Positions 36,371 to 49,802 of a stretch of 64,000 nt of DNA are shown here, in pieces. Under the pieces are notes generated by a model. That model was not told where the DNA came from and searched no databases. It was given only the letters and a program-made list of their open reading frames with translations. Location of the stretch: positions 62,001-126,000 of the forward strand of contig JAQGDQ010000479.1 of the NCBI GenBank assembly GCA_030141605.1, written 5' to 3'. The translations under genes and the position numbers were made by a program. Position 1 is the first letter of the stretch. Each line of letters starts with the position of its first letter. The DNA comes from Tubiluchus corallicola. Its lineage: Eukaryota > Animalia > Priapulida.

Positions 36371-36907
36371 TTAAGTAAAGAAGGACCAAGAAGTTCTCAG
36401 ACCAATAACAGACCCAGAAGGACCTCGCTGGTGGACGCTTAAGAGGCTTATAAACCCACTTGACGAGAATCAACGACGATTCTGTAAGAGATACTGATAA
36501 TCTCCCTTTGGGACTATTTTTCATTTAACTTGAATGGACCGGATCACATACCGGAGCGCCATCTGGACCAAATTTCGTTTATTTACTACATTACAACCTA
36601 CGCCTCCTCTCATCGCCCCCAAAATTCCAGCGTGGGTCACAAATCACTGACCAATAATCAGGAGCAGCAGTGACCGAGAAGGCGAACCTGATTCCTGCTG
36701 AAAAACGGCTGCCCGCCACTCTAAATTATCTGCATACCGCTCTATGAGCAATCCGCATTCCATTCTAAGTGTGCATCAAGTGGCAAAGAAAACTGGGCCA
36801 TGACTTGTGTTTCCAACAATTAAGCTAAGATTCGAACTTTAACTACAGAAAAACACCGTAAAATGCATGCTTCAGCTGGGCTTCCATATGAAGTGGCTTC
36901 CATGAAA

Positions 36908-37334
36908 CGTTGATAATAGTTTAAGAACACAAATTCAGTTTGCGGCACAGCACTTGAGCAATGACCTTTATTGGTATGGCTCGTAAAGAAGAAACAAAAA
37001 AGCCTTGAAATGAATCTGGCTGGTGACCGGCGACCATTGCGTTTATATGATTTTCTCTAAGCAGCCGTATTTTAACAAATCTGTTTGTAATCAGGTTTTA
37101 TTTCTGATTCGATCTCTTTTCAGAAATAAACGTTTATCTCTTTTTGGAATAGCTTACACTCAACAATGGTGTCATAAGTGGGATAAGCAGTATTTCGGTG
37201 GGTATCAGAATTTCTGCTGTTTGAGTTGATATATTTAACTGAAACTTAATAAATCTGCATTTGATTTAGTTGAATTCTCATCAGATTTTTTTCTGAATAG
37301 CCTACATTCATTCATATGGTGTCAGAAGTGGGAT
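36908..37334 (+). mobile_element. LTR retrotransposon remnant: LTR end plus tRNA-Leu primer-binding site present twice
   Basis: AATAAA...TCAACA (ends 37165), then TGGTGTCATAAGTGGGAT (37167-37184) and TGGTGTCAGAAGTGGGAT (37317-37334), complementary to the tRNA-Leu 3' end. LTR start uncertain. Confidence 0.65.
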
Positions 37335-37383
37335 AACGAGGGAATTTCTCTGAGCATCAGTGTTTCTTTTTGCTGTTTGGGTT

Positions 37384-37387
<4 letters not shown>

Positions 37388-37433
<46 letters not shown>
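37388..37433. repeat. (TA)n microsatellite
   Basis: Direct reading. Confidence 0.95.
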
Positions 37434-37436
<3 letters not shown>

Positions 37437-38129
37437 TTTGCTTTGGGTAGAGCCACAATAAATGCGCCAATTTAATTCTGATCTGTCTTGAACGTTCATT
37501 AGTAACTTATTACTGAAAAATAGCTCTGTATAAAAAAGCTCTATGTTGGATAATTTGCAATAAAAACAGAAATAATAATTAAATTTTATTCTTAATGACG
37601 AAAACTGAAATATGCATTAAATACTTTTGTGCTTTGTTAGTCAGGTGATTACGTTATCAATATAAAACCCTAAAAACGGTTTTTGTGATCTATTTGTATT
37701 TTTGGTCTTTCATTTACCTGAAAATACTTAACACGTGGCTTGAGACCTATTTTTCGTGTTAGTCTCTTTTTTATTAATTGGTAATTTGTTAATTTAAGCT
37801 GCTAAAGCTTTTTCTGTCAATGCTTTCACGGTCACAAAATTAAGCTCATTGCATTAAAGAGAAAGAGAACTGCCATTGTATGCACCCTGTATAAGAAAGC
37901 AGAATGAGGCTGAATTAACACAGAGCAGTCCGTGTTTACATCACTAAGCACTTCTTTTTGAGCTGGTTAAATTCTCAATCAAACAACTTCTTCAGCTACA
38001 CAATTTAACTCTTTCGAAACGCTCTTCAAATATTTTTCTTAAATTCTTCGACAAACAAGAGCTGTCGCAGAAACTTGTTAGGAAACTGTGAAACATTGTA
38101 CCGTGCTAAGTGGCGGTGGTGTTTTTATT

Positions 38130-38500
38130 TAACATAGACTTAGACATAGACAGAGAACATTTATTTTCTCCAATTAGTTTATCATCAAAAGCTTTGTAAA
38201 TATTAAGTAATTATAATCATGGAGCAGGGCAGGGAAGGACCATAGGATCATCTAGTCTCCTGCCCTTTCTTATAAATAGATTTGTATATTAAAAATTAAC
38301 GGTGATGCTGCAGATAACAAAAACAAAAACAAATAAGAAAAATAATAAAAACAGTATAAATGATACAAATAATCAAAAAAATAGCTGAAAACAAAAAATA
38401 ATAAAGTTAGATACCTAAATGTAAGCAATACAATACAATTATTCAATAATCAGGATGATTATATGTAGTAGTTTCAAATGGGGTCTTATTAACAGGGGAA
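38130..38500 (-). mobile_element. CR1/L2-like LINE 3'UTR fragment
   Basis: Short tagac-type tail repeats, AATAAA on - strand, GC-rich stem-loop at 38221-38268. Confidence 0.45.
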
Positions 38501-39379
38501 TTTGACCAAGGTTAGTGAGTAAAGTTAAAAACTGAGAGTATTGAAAGAAAAATATAAGCATCAAAAAAGTGTAATATAGAAAAATTTATGAGAAAAAGTT
38601 AGTATGAGAAAGAGCAACAATTACTTAGGAGATGAGGAGAAAAAAGAAAAAAAACTTGCTAGCTTGCTTATTAGTCTTACAAGTTATGTACTACGTATAC
38701 ATCGACTACGTATATATGTACTACGTATATGTCTAGTATGTACTACGTACAGGTATATCTATTTAGTAAGATTTTCGTGTATTTTTTGGAAGTAGAAAAT
38801 AAGCTACGAGCTACGAGAAAAAAGCTGACAAGGTTAATTAAAGATTTCCTGCATTGAAGAAACATCTGGTAGTAAAACATACAAGTCGACACAACAGTTT
38901 GTGTGTACATGCTTCTATATTAGAACCGTGAGCTACTAACTGAACTCATATAAATTATTTGCAGTCTTTATTGGAAGATTCATTCTTTTTACAGACTGAA
39001 TTGGTTTGAAAGAAAAGGAACTGTGATGGACAATTTTCACGTACGGCGTGCAAATACCATATCAATTTCACAATACAAGTCACATAGTTCAGTAGTGTTC
39101 GACACATGACTAAATACAAACCTTTTCAAACAGCTTAATCACTAGTAGATTACGCATGATGAATAAATAAGTTTCTATACCTTAGAAAAACAATGCATGG
39201 TTTTAGATGGGACTAACATTACTTAAAAGACGGGTAAACTGTTTTAGCTAAGCCATATAATAAAATATCAATCTGTTCGCGATCACTAATCGATTATTTA
39301 TCATTGCAAATTTAACTTTAGATCTTCAGTATGATGATCTGATGTGTCAAGTAGCGGCTCCAATTATTGGGTTAATGTT

Positions 39380-39976
<597 letters not shown>

Positions 39977-41072
39977 TAACTACAGTCTCAGCAAACTTAA
40001 AGTAGCTCACAATGTTTCAAAACGCAAACTTTTCAACTAGCCATATGATTATAGTTCTAGGACCATTTCAGTAGACCACGATGTTTTATACTTTGATGTA
40101 ATACATAGGAAAACTGCATACAGTCTATACAGTAGAGTAGTGCAAAGGTCAAATCTTCTCATAAACGCATTGAATAACAGTGAAGCTTTTTACACTTCAG
40201 ACATAAGAGACCAGTGGAGGAAAGTGTTAGGACGATTCAGGTTGGACGCATGATATTGTATATATATATATATAGACTGTACTGTTATTTTATTTATTTA
40301 TGTATTAATTTGCATGTGTTGAGAGAAGGTGTTATAATTATTGTATGTCTTGTAATTATTGTATGTTATGTATTCTATGAACTTGGTTCGAAATAAAGAG
40401 TTAAATCAAATCAAATCAAAATCTCTCTCTCTGTCTCTCTTTCTCTCTCTCTATTAGCCAATTATTGTTGGACAGACAGCGTAGCAGATAATAGAGACCC
40501 AGTCGTGTACTGATAATTATGAAACTAACTGTATTAAAAACCCCTAGCACCATCTACTGTCAAGAAAGAGAATATCAGTTTGTGTGAGTGGTGTTCCCAT
40601 ATGAATTACATATCAGCAGTTATACGCTCGCTACATTTAGACTTTTTCAATCAGGAATTCCACAGTATGCGTGTCGGAATCGGTCTCTTGTCGAGGGGAA
40701 GGCTATCAGTAACACCAGTGAAATCTTGAACGGGTGTTTTCACATCTGTTTTGAACTTTTGAACAAAAACGAACGACTGTAAGTCTTCATTTGTCATTGT
40801 GGGCAGTCTGGGTAACGTCAGAACTGTAGATAATTCGAAACCCTACATGATTTCTCATTTAAAAGTCATTTTTCAATTTTGGAAAGTAAGGGCAGTTTAA
40901 TCCCCCCTCCCGATTTGAAGTTTACAGAAAGATAAATGACTGAAAAGACAAGTTTGCAACCCTCTTGTAACTCGTGCAGGAAAATGAAATATAGTAATTT
41001 GTTCCTCAACTATTTCGTCTCTGCAGTTTCATTAGCAGCTATTACAGTAGCTAATTCAAATTTATGCCTTCA

Positions 41073-41729
41073 AGGACAAGAAAAGGGGTACCTAAAAAGG
41101 TTTCAGAAAAATCGCCTTAAAAATTATACTACTTTACAGCAATTTTATGCGCATATCGTACTCGCGTCGAAAGGAATTTTCGTTTGTCTTCAAACTCCTG
41201 CAATACTGTTTCAACCGCGCCATTACATGACGTCACTCACGCAAACGTAAATCAGGGGAAGAAAAAGGAAATGTTAAATTATGTCACAAAAAACTTTCCA
41301 TGCAAAATTATATCTCTTCGCATTTCGCTTACCAGCTTGAAAGATTTACGTAACTAGAAAAGAAAATTATTAATTATTTAAAATGTTTTCTCCAACTGGT
41401 AAAATTTCACTGACTCCAGGGTGCGCCACACATTAACCATTATTAATTATTTTTAATCTTATTGACAAATTTAAAATTTTACTTAGTTAGTGACTTGTGT
41501 GACACGAATGCTCTGATTATTTTTTCAAAGTTTACTCAGTGTTATCTAAACTTATTTCAAATGACCTGTGGTCAAAATGTCTAACGGTCATCGCGGGAGT
41601 TTAAATTTACACGTTTTGTACAGCGTTATTTGTGACGCAAGTCTAATATACAAAATGGCAGTATGTAAGTGATATAAAATTTCAGGACAGATTTTTAAGC
41701 TTTATGTAAATTGAAGGTTTTCTTGTTCT
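41073..41729 (+). mobile_element. Kolobok-like MITE (family A), full length
   Basis: TTCA|AGGACAAGAAAA ... TTTTCTTGTTCT|TTAA. Confidence 0.75.
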
Positions 41730-41839
41730 TTAAATTCCAAATTTACAGAAATGAAAACTCAATTTCTCTCAATTTTATTTTCCTACTTGCTTATTTGATC
41801 TTACGGCAAGCAATGTACAATGTACAGTATTACTGAAGT

Positions 41840-42321
41840 AAAAAAGTTGCCAACATTGTAATAGAACCATCGTATAACTAAACTAAAAAAAGCTGCCAAC
41901 ATTGTAACAGAACCAGCGTATAACTAAACTAAAAAAAGCTGCCAACATTGTAACAGAACCAGCGTATAACTAAACTAAAAAAAGCTGCCAACATTGTAAC
42001 AGAACCATCGTATAACTAAACTAAAAAAAGCTGCCAACATTGTAACAGAACCATCGTATAACTAAACTAAAAAAAGCTGCCAACATTGTAACAGAACCAT
42101 CGTATAACTAAACTAAAAAAAGCTGCCAACATTGTAACAGAACCATCGTATAACTAAACTAAAAAAGCTGCCAACATTGTAACAGAACCATCGTATAACT
42201 AAACTAAAAAAAGCTGCCAACATTGTAACAGAACCATCGTATAACTAAACTAAAAAAAGCTGCCGACATTGTAATAGAACCATCGTATAACTAAACTAAA
42301 AAAAGCTGCCGACATTGTAAC
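41840..42321. repeat. 46-bp minisatellite, about 10 copies
   Basis: Unit gctgccaacattgtaacagaaccatcgtataactaaactaaaaaaa. Confidence 0.95.
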
Positions 42322-43261
42322 TCGAGCTGGAAGAAATATTTCCTGTTTCTGAATTTTTGCGTTTGTAAAATTTTGAAAAAACAGTAACCCGTCGCTACAA
42401 AAATAAAATAAAAGGCGCGCGTTTGTAAGTACGATCTCTTCCTGTTGGGGAACCCCTGCAGATTGGTTACAAACTTGAAAGAGAAGAAAACGGGGTTCTG
42501 ACCCAAATATCGTTTTCCCAGGCTTTTAGTTTTACACCTTAATGCATTCGCTCACATAGGCAGAAAAATAATAATTTGGATAAACTGATGTTCGTCCTTC
42601 GAATCGAAGATAGTGACAGGGATAAAAGGTCAGTTTGGGGGGTTGTCATTCCTTTGATGAGCTCGAAGGTGACCGACCAGGCCAATTCTGGCCTGGAAAC
42701 ATCTTTGGCATTTGGCACAGGTGAGGCTGGGTGTTTTGACCTGTTGTTGGGCAGTGTCACATGCCTTGCGTCTCCTGCGCTTCTCCTCTGCCTCCTATTT
42801 GATAAACTAGTTCTATAAAAGATACCCATTTCTTACTTAATCTTTGCCGAGGTCTGCTGTGCATAAAAACAATCAGGACTTATTCGGATTGGCTATGCAA
42901 GATATAATTTTGCAGTATAAGTCTGATACAAGGCTACTATTCTTCTAAACAGCCATGACATAACATTTCAAACCGTTTTTGATTCGTTAATATTATTGTT
43001 ATTTTAATTCGGTTAAATGTGCCTGGCACCCCTGGCTGGATGTAACAATAATTCAGGCTCCTCATTGGCTAAAAGGCGCCATTGTCTACTGTACATGCAC
43101 TGAAGCGTATAGCTGCTATACAAATGTACTCAAATTGCTGCAGTTAAAACGGAAGTTGACACAATTTTTACTCTTTGTGCACACACTGGTTAATTGGAGT
43201 GTGAATTTACTAACTTTATTGGCTGTCTCTTATCGGCATAAAAGCTTTATAGTACGTCCCA

Positions 43262-43566
43262 TATACGAGCTTCATTCATTACATCATTCCATTTTAAGCA
43301 CTAATGTTTTTTTTATCACTATTCACTTTAAAATTTCAGATTATCTACACTACTTTTTTTTTCTTTCACTGTGTGGGACAATCTAACAAGCCCTGCTTTT
43401 TGATTGCCCGCAACACATTTACCTTCGTATATAGGTGAACAGTGTTTGAGGCTTTTCCTGTGCAGTATTTCTTATTTGTATTACGTTCATTGTAGGCCCT
43501 TTCACTAGATATTGTACATGAAACTATTGTAAATGTGTAAGGTGAAATAAATGACTTATGACTTAT
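43262..43566 (+). mobile_element. CR1/L2-type retroposon 3' end (family D)
   Basis: Four related copies (8038-8335, 14776-14935 partial, 24385-24730 and this one); ends aaataaatgacttatgactta. Confidence 0.7.
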
Positions 43567-44616
43567 ATGGATCGTGTACCGAAGGGCATACACGTGGTAT
43601 AAGACCTGTACACCACTCGAAGACAGAACATAATCATATCTAGATCAATGTTATATTTCCCCCATCCTGTTGTGTTCAGTGTTTATTTTTACGAGCTGAC
43701 ACGTAAGCTAGCATCAATTTCACTGAACGTGCTTCACACTGAATCAGCGCTACAAACCATTCGTACATCGTCTGCCTAGAGCACGCTGGATTTATTAGAA
43801 AATCATGTATGACTCCCATTGGCAACAGAAGATGTTTTCAAAGAGACAGGAAGTTGAGTCTGTGCTGTGGCATTTACCACCCGTCGCGCCATCTAGTGTC
43901 AATTTCCGGTCAGTGCCCCTGACAGCCAGGATTTAATTTGTGGTTAACTGTGGTCAACATCCTTGGACAGTTTTTTAAATAGGGTCACTTTCTGGAGCTG
44001 TAGCGACATAGACGTCTCTGTGTTGGACGATAAATGCGTTTATTGTTGGTTTTCTGTCCATCAACATGACGTGATTTTTGAAATGAAATGACACATATAA
44101 AATGGCAGCAAATAGTAAACAGATAAATATCACACAATTGCGTAAAATATATTCATAAAGCAAGAATCAACTAAAACTACCATTCAGCTGACATTTAGTT
44201 AACTAATCAAACAACCACAGCCAGCCAGACAACTGACAAATCAGCCAACTAGCCAAATCAACCAGCCAGCCAATTGAGTAGGCAACCTAACTACTCATCA
44301 ACCCAGCTAACCAGCCATTCAGCCAACAAACCTATTAACAACCAACTAACCAAGCAATCAACCAATCATGTAAAATCAAACCACAACTATGTAAAAAATG
44401 GAAAACAACCCAAACACTAGGCTGTAGTTAATTGAGGCAAATGAGGCACTTGCGTCGGTTAATTTTCTTGGCTCATTTTTTTTAAAAAATCGTCTAACTG
44501 TTAGCGTTACAATTTTTTCCTCGTGCTGTGAAGTCAATAATTCCAGCGTATTTCTGTCAGTTTCTGTAACGAGCCTGACTTGTTGTTTAGATTAGCCATG
44601 TAAGCAAGCTGAGTCT

Positions 44617-45852
44617 TTAACTGGTTCTGTACTTTTTGCACTATACTTTACCTAAGTTAACTGGTACTGTCCTTTTTGGACTATACTTTACCTAAGTTAA
44701 CTGGTTCTGTACTTTTTGGACTATACTTTACCTAAGTTAACTGGTTCTGTACTTTTTGGACTATACTTTACCTAAGTTAACTGGTTCTGTGCTTTTTGGA
44801 TTATACTTTACCTAAGTTAACTGGTACTGCCCTTTTTGGACTATACTTTACCTAAGTTAACTGGTTCTGTACTTTTTGGACTATACTTTACCTAAGTTAA
44901 CTGATTCTGTACTTTTTGGACTATACTTTACCTAAGTTAACTGGTTCTGTGCTTTTTGGATTATACTTTACCTAAGTTAACTGGTTCTGTACTTTTTGGA
45001 TTATACTTTACCTAAGTTAACTGGTTCTGTACTTTTTGGACTATAGTTTACCTAACTTAACTGGTTCTGTGCTTTTTGGATTATACTTTACCTAAGTTAA
45101 CTGATACTGTACTTTTTGGATTATACTTTATCTAAGTTAACTGGTACTGTACTTTTTGGACTATACTTTACCTAAGTTAACTGGTTCTGTGCTTTTTGGA
45201 TTATACTTTACCTAAGTTAACTGGTACTGTGCTTTTTGGATTATACTTTACCTAAGTTAACTGGTACTGTACTTTTTGGACTATATTTTACCTAAGTTAA
45301 CTGGTTCTGTACTTTTTGGATTATACTTTACCTAAGTTAACTGGTACTGTCCTTTTTGGACTATACTTTACCTAAGTTAACTGGTTCTGTACTTTTTGGA
45401 CTATACTTTACCTAAGTTAACTGGTTCTGTACTTTTTGGACTATACTTTACCTAAGTTAACTGGTTCTGTGCTTTTTGGATTATACTTTACCTAAGTTAA
45501 CTGGTACTGTACTTTTGGGACTATACTTTACCTAAGTTAACTGGTTCTGTACTTTTTGGACTATAGTTTACCTAAGTTAACTGGTTTTATATTTTTTCGA
45601 CTATGCTTTACCAAAGTTAACTGGTTCTGTGCTTTTTGGACTATATTTTACCTAAGTTAACTGGTTCTGTACTTTTTGGACTATATTTTACCTAAGTTAA
45701 CTGGTTCTGTATTTTTTGGACTATACTTTACCTAAGTTAACTGGTTCTGTATTTTTCGGACTATACTTTACCTAAGTTAACTGGTTCTGTATTTTTCGGA
45801 CTATACTTTACCTAAGTTAACTGGTTCTGTACTTTTTGGACTATGCTTTACT
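44617..45852. repeat. 40-bp minisatellite, about 31 copies
   Basis: Unit ttaactggttctgtactttttggactatactttacctaag. Confidence 0.97.
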
Positions 45853-46096
45853 ATGTCTTCTCTCAATGAACTATATCCCTGGGAAACATCCCGCTTGCTA
45901 CATTCTCCAGCATAATTCTCTCATTAATTTTAACACATTTAACCTTTCACTTGGGAATCAACTAGAAACGTTAGACCCTGTGAAACTAAGGCAATTAATT
46001 TTAATTTATCTTCAAACATTGCCTCGCTGCCTGCCAGACGTAATTAATAAATCATCATCATGAATTATACACTCATTTTCACCAATCAGCTGATGT

Positions 46097-46525
46097 TTAC
46101 AAGTCTGTCAAGTGAGTCAACACCTCGTGATGGTTGTGCATTTCCTTATGACAAGTTTTACCTGGATACCCACTCTAGAAAAGCCTTGAGTGCTACATGA
46201 GGTTAATTAGCTGAGTGGTCACGGTGCGTGCCAAGTTGCAAAGCTGAGCCGTTTTCAAGACTGTCAAGTGAGTCAACACCTCGTGATGGTTATGCATTTC
46301 CTTATGACAATTTTTACCTAGATACCCACTCTAGAAAAGCCTCGAGTGCTAAATGGGTTTATTAGCTGAGTGGTCACGGTGCATGCTAAGTTGCAAAGCT
46401 GAGCCGTTTACAAGACTGTCAAGTGAGTCAACACCTCGTGATGGTTATGCATTTCCTTACGACAAGTTTTACCTGGATACCCACTCTAGAAAAGCCGCGA
46501 GTGCTACATGAGGTTAATTAGCTGA
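46097..46525. repeat. ~155-bp tandem repeat, about 2.7 copies
   Basis: ctgtcaagtgagtcaacacctcgtgatgg recurs at about 46105, 46261 and 46416. Confidence 0.92.
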
Positions 46526-46541
46526 AACAAAAACTGCATTC

Positions 46542-46634
<93 letters not shown>

Positions 46635-46676
46635 GAATAATAATGAGAAGAAGAAGAAGAAGAATTATAATAATTC
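46542..46676. repeat. (AAT)n/(AAG)n microsatellite
   Basis: Direct reading. Confidence 0.95.
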
Positions 46677-46842
46677 TAACAACACAAAATACAGTAGTAA
46701 AATGTGTCAACACAAAATCTATTAGTTCTATTTGGTTCTGGGTTCCAAAAGAACATTTAAAACAAAGTCTAAAATTTAGTGAAACAAAATTAATGTGACA
46801 ACCGGAAAAAGTAATTCATGTACAAGAATTCCCTAGCTTGTG

Positions 46843-46911
46843 CGTCCGTCTACTGCAAAAGTTAAGCAAAGCATAGCTTAGTCAGTAAATTGGTGGATGA
46901 CCTACCAGGAA
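46843..46911 (+). pseudogene. Degenerate 5S rRNA-derived fragment
   Basis: cgtccg...aagttaagca...gtcagtaaattggtggatgacc...ggaa aligns by eye to the 5S internal control region (box A to box C). Confidence 0.45.
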
Positions 46912-47217
46912 AATTAATTCGTATTCCGCACTCCCATATTTACCTCTTTCGTGGAGAATGTACATGCATCCAAATATGGCTAATTCACTTTTGCTAATCA
47001 AATCAATCACCAATCAATACTGTGAATATGTATAGATAGCAAGGGAGACAAAACACTTTTACCAATTGCATAGGTATTTTAAAATGTGGACAAAATTGAG
47101 CAGAAACGGCTTTAGAATTAAATTTATAGTTATGCGACAAAGGCACTCCTCAAAGAAAAAAACTATTTACAAGTGCTGATAATACAGGCTAACAGTACTA
47201 AGCATATTAATTTATTT

Positions 47218-48068
47218 TATTACACTACACTGCACTGCACTGCACTACATTACACTACACTACACTACGCTACACTACACTACACTGCACTGCACTGCAC
47301 CGCACCGCACCACACCACACCACACCACACCACACTACACTACACTACACTACACTACTCTACACCACACCACACCACACCACACCACACCACACCACAC
47401 AACACCATACAACACCACACCACACTACACTACACTACACTATACTACATTGTACTACACTACACTACACTACACTACACTACACTACACTACACTACAC
47501 TACACTACACTACACTACACTACACTACACTACACTACACTACACTACACTACACTACACTACACTACACTACACTACTCTACACTACACCACACCACAC
47601 CACACCACACAACACCATACAACACCACACCACACTACACTACACTACACTAAACTACACTATACTACATTGTACTACACCACACTACACTACATTACAC
47701 TACACTACACTACACTATACTACATTGTACTACACTACACTACACTACACTACACTACACTACACTACACTACACTACACTACACTACACTACACTACAC
47801 TACACTACACTACACTACACTACACTACACTACACCACACCACACCACACCACACCACACAACACCACACCACACTACACTACACTACACTATACTACAT
47901 TGTACTACACTACACTACACTACACTACACTACACTACACTACACTACACTACACTACACTACACTACACTACACTACACTACACTACACTGCACAGCAC
48001 TACGCTACGCTACACTACACTACACTACACTACACTACACTACACTACACTACACTACACTACACTAT
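47218..48068. repeat. Compound pentanucleotide microsatellite (ACTAC/ACCAC/ACTGC)n
   Basis: Direct reading; internal higher-order duplications. Confidence 0.97.
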
Positions 48069-48508
48069 TAATTAATTAATTAATTTATTTATTTTATTAA
48101 TTAATTGTAAACATAGCTTTACTATAAGCAAGCATTAATTTTTAACACTATCGTTATTCGTTAATAATCACAGTCGTAGCTAACCACTCTTTATAAATTG
48201 CGAAACGGCCACTCAAGCAGTTGAGGGGTCTCAGTAGCCCTATAAAACCTGCGCATTTTCTGCACTTTAAAGAGTTTTGGACCTCTAATAATGTATGACT
48301 GCTCCTACCTCCTGTAATAAAAAGAAAAACGAAGGCAAAAAACAGGGAATTAACGTGAAAGTAGGTATGAATTTCAAATAAACTGCAATATGATGTTCTC
48401 ATTTTATTGGTGGTTTTTAATATTTCAAGGGCAAATTCGTGTAGGTACTAAATTATATAATACGTAATTTATTATGAAACAAGAGATTTTCGACTCTCTT
48501 AGTTTTAG

Positions 48509-48759
48509 AAGTGCCTCACATAAGCCATGGGTGGACCTCAGGGCTGCAGGTCACAACATGCCGCATTCTCAAGTGCCTCACATAAGCCATGGGTGGACCT
48601 CAGGGCTGCAGGTCACAACATGCCGCATTCTCAAGTGCCTCACATAAGCCATGGGTGGACCTCAGGGCTGCAGGTCACAACATGCCGCATTCTCAAGTGC
48701 CTCACATAAGCCATGGGTGGACCTCAGGGCTGCAGGTCACAACATGCCGCATTCTCAAA
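48509..48759. repeat. 62-bp GC-rich minisatellite, 4 identical copies
   Basis: Unit aagtgcctcacataagccatgggtggacctcagggctgcaggtcacaacatgccgcattctc. Confidence 0.97.
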
Positions 48760-49473
48760 GTTCTACCAGTTTTTCAGCAGACAGTAAATATTGAATCACA
48801 CAGCTGATGTGTTTAGGTTGAGTTATCTTCACTTGACTGAAAACGTCTTACAGTCGCGGCTTCCGCTTTCGAGTGCATACACGTTCAGAGAGTAGTCTGT
48901 TTACGAATAAAGTTCCAACACGAATGTCCCTTTTAACGAGCGTCGAGATGGCAAACTCGTTCAAAGTACCGCTGTTGTGTTTGATCAGAATTGCTTGAAA
49001 TCTTGTCAGGTTTAAAATGAACACACGCAGTCTATATCTATAACTTTTATTTTATATGGGAGTTTTAGAGGTCTAATTGTGAGTTGTGACTCTAGTAAAA
49101 TTGTTGCTCGTTTGACCTGCAACTCTTAGTCACTTTCATGTGACCTCTGACCTCTAGCGTATGCTATCAGATAATGGATTAAGATTCAAATCATCCCAAG
49201 CTTACATTAGATGCCTTACAAAGCAAACAATCTTTATTAAATATCAGTTTCTCAACTCACCCCCACAATTACCACCCCTAAAGAACGTACGTGCCTCTCA
49301 CTACAATACAAAACTTTAACATGACATACTGTATTACAAAGTTTAGCTCATGTTTACAATTCCCCACACGCAAGAAGCGGCATGAAGGTTAAGGTTAGGG
49401 CATTTAAATTGCGTGTACGAAATTGTTAACTCCTTCCCAAAGTGTAACTCATACATTTCATACGTTAAAACTC

Positions 49474-49755
49474 CTTTCGTCACCAGACGGTTTAGTCTAG
49501 TGGTAATGGGTCTGCTTTCCGTCTGGGAGGTTGTGAGTTCGAACCACCGGCCGGGTCATACCAAAGACTTTAAAAATGGTACCTGCTGTTGCCCTGCCTG
49601 GCGCGTGGTATTTAGGGTAAAAGTGGGGTAATAATAGTCTCTGTTATGTAGTTGTAGGTTGTTATTTACAGTCGGCGATAATAGCTCTTTGAGCTAATGT
49701 TAATTGTTGACCCAAAAACCGACTTTAAATAAATATTATTATTATTATATTATTA

Positions 49756-49800
<45 letters not shown>
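49474..49800 (+). mobile_element. tRNA-derived SINE with Meta-domain-like core (MetaSINE-like), full length
   Basis: A box tagtctagtgg and B box gagttcgaacc; core ccgggtcataccaaagactttaaaaatggtacctgctg...cctgcctggc; (ATT)n tail; 19-bp TSD atttcatac(g/a)ttaaaactc at 49455-49473 and 49801-49819. Confidence 0.85.

Positions 49801-49802
<2 letters not shown>

Noticed and set aside
36380-36830. Possible coding remnant upstream of the LTR/PBS
   Set aside because: The + strand frames translated by hand are interrupted by stops and show no recognisable gag/pol/env motif.
44617-45852. CRISPR-like appearance of the 35-62 bp arrays (also 2016, 5270, 10540, 41840, 48509)
   Set aside because: Units are head-to-tail with no unique spacers, there are no cas genes, and the context is eukaryotic.
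49482-49560. tRNA gene
   Set aside because: A and B boxes are present, but the acceptor stem is not closed and the sequence continues into a SINE core with tail and TSD.
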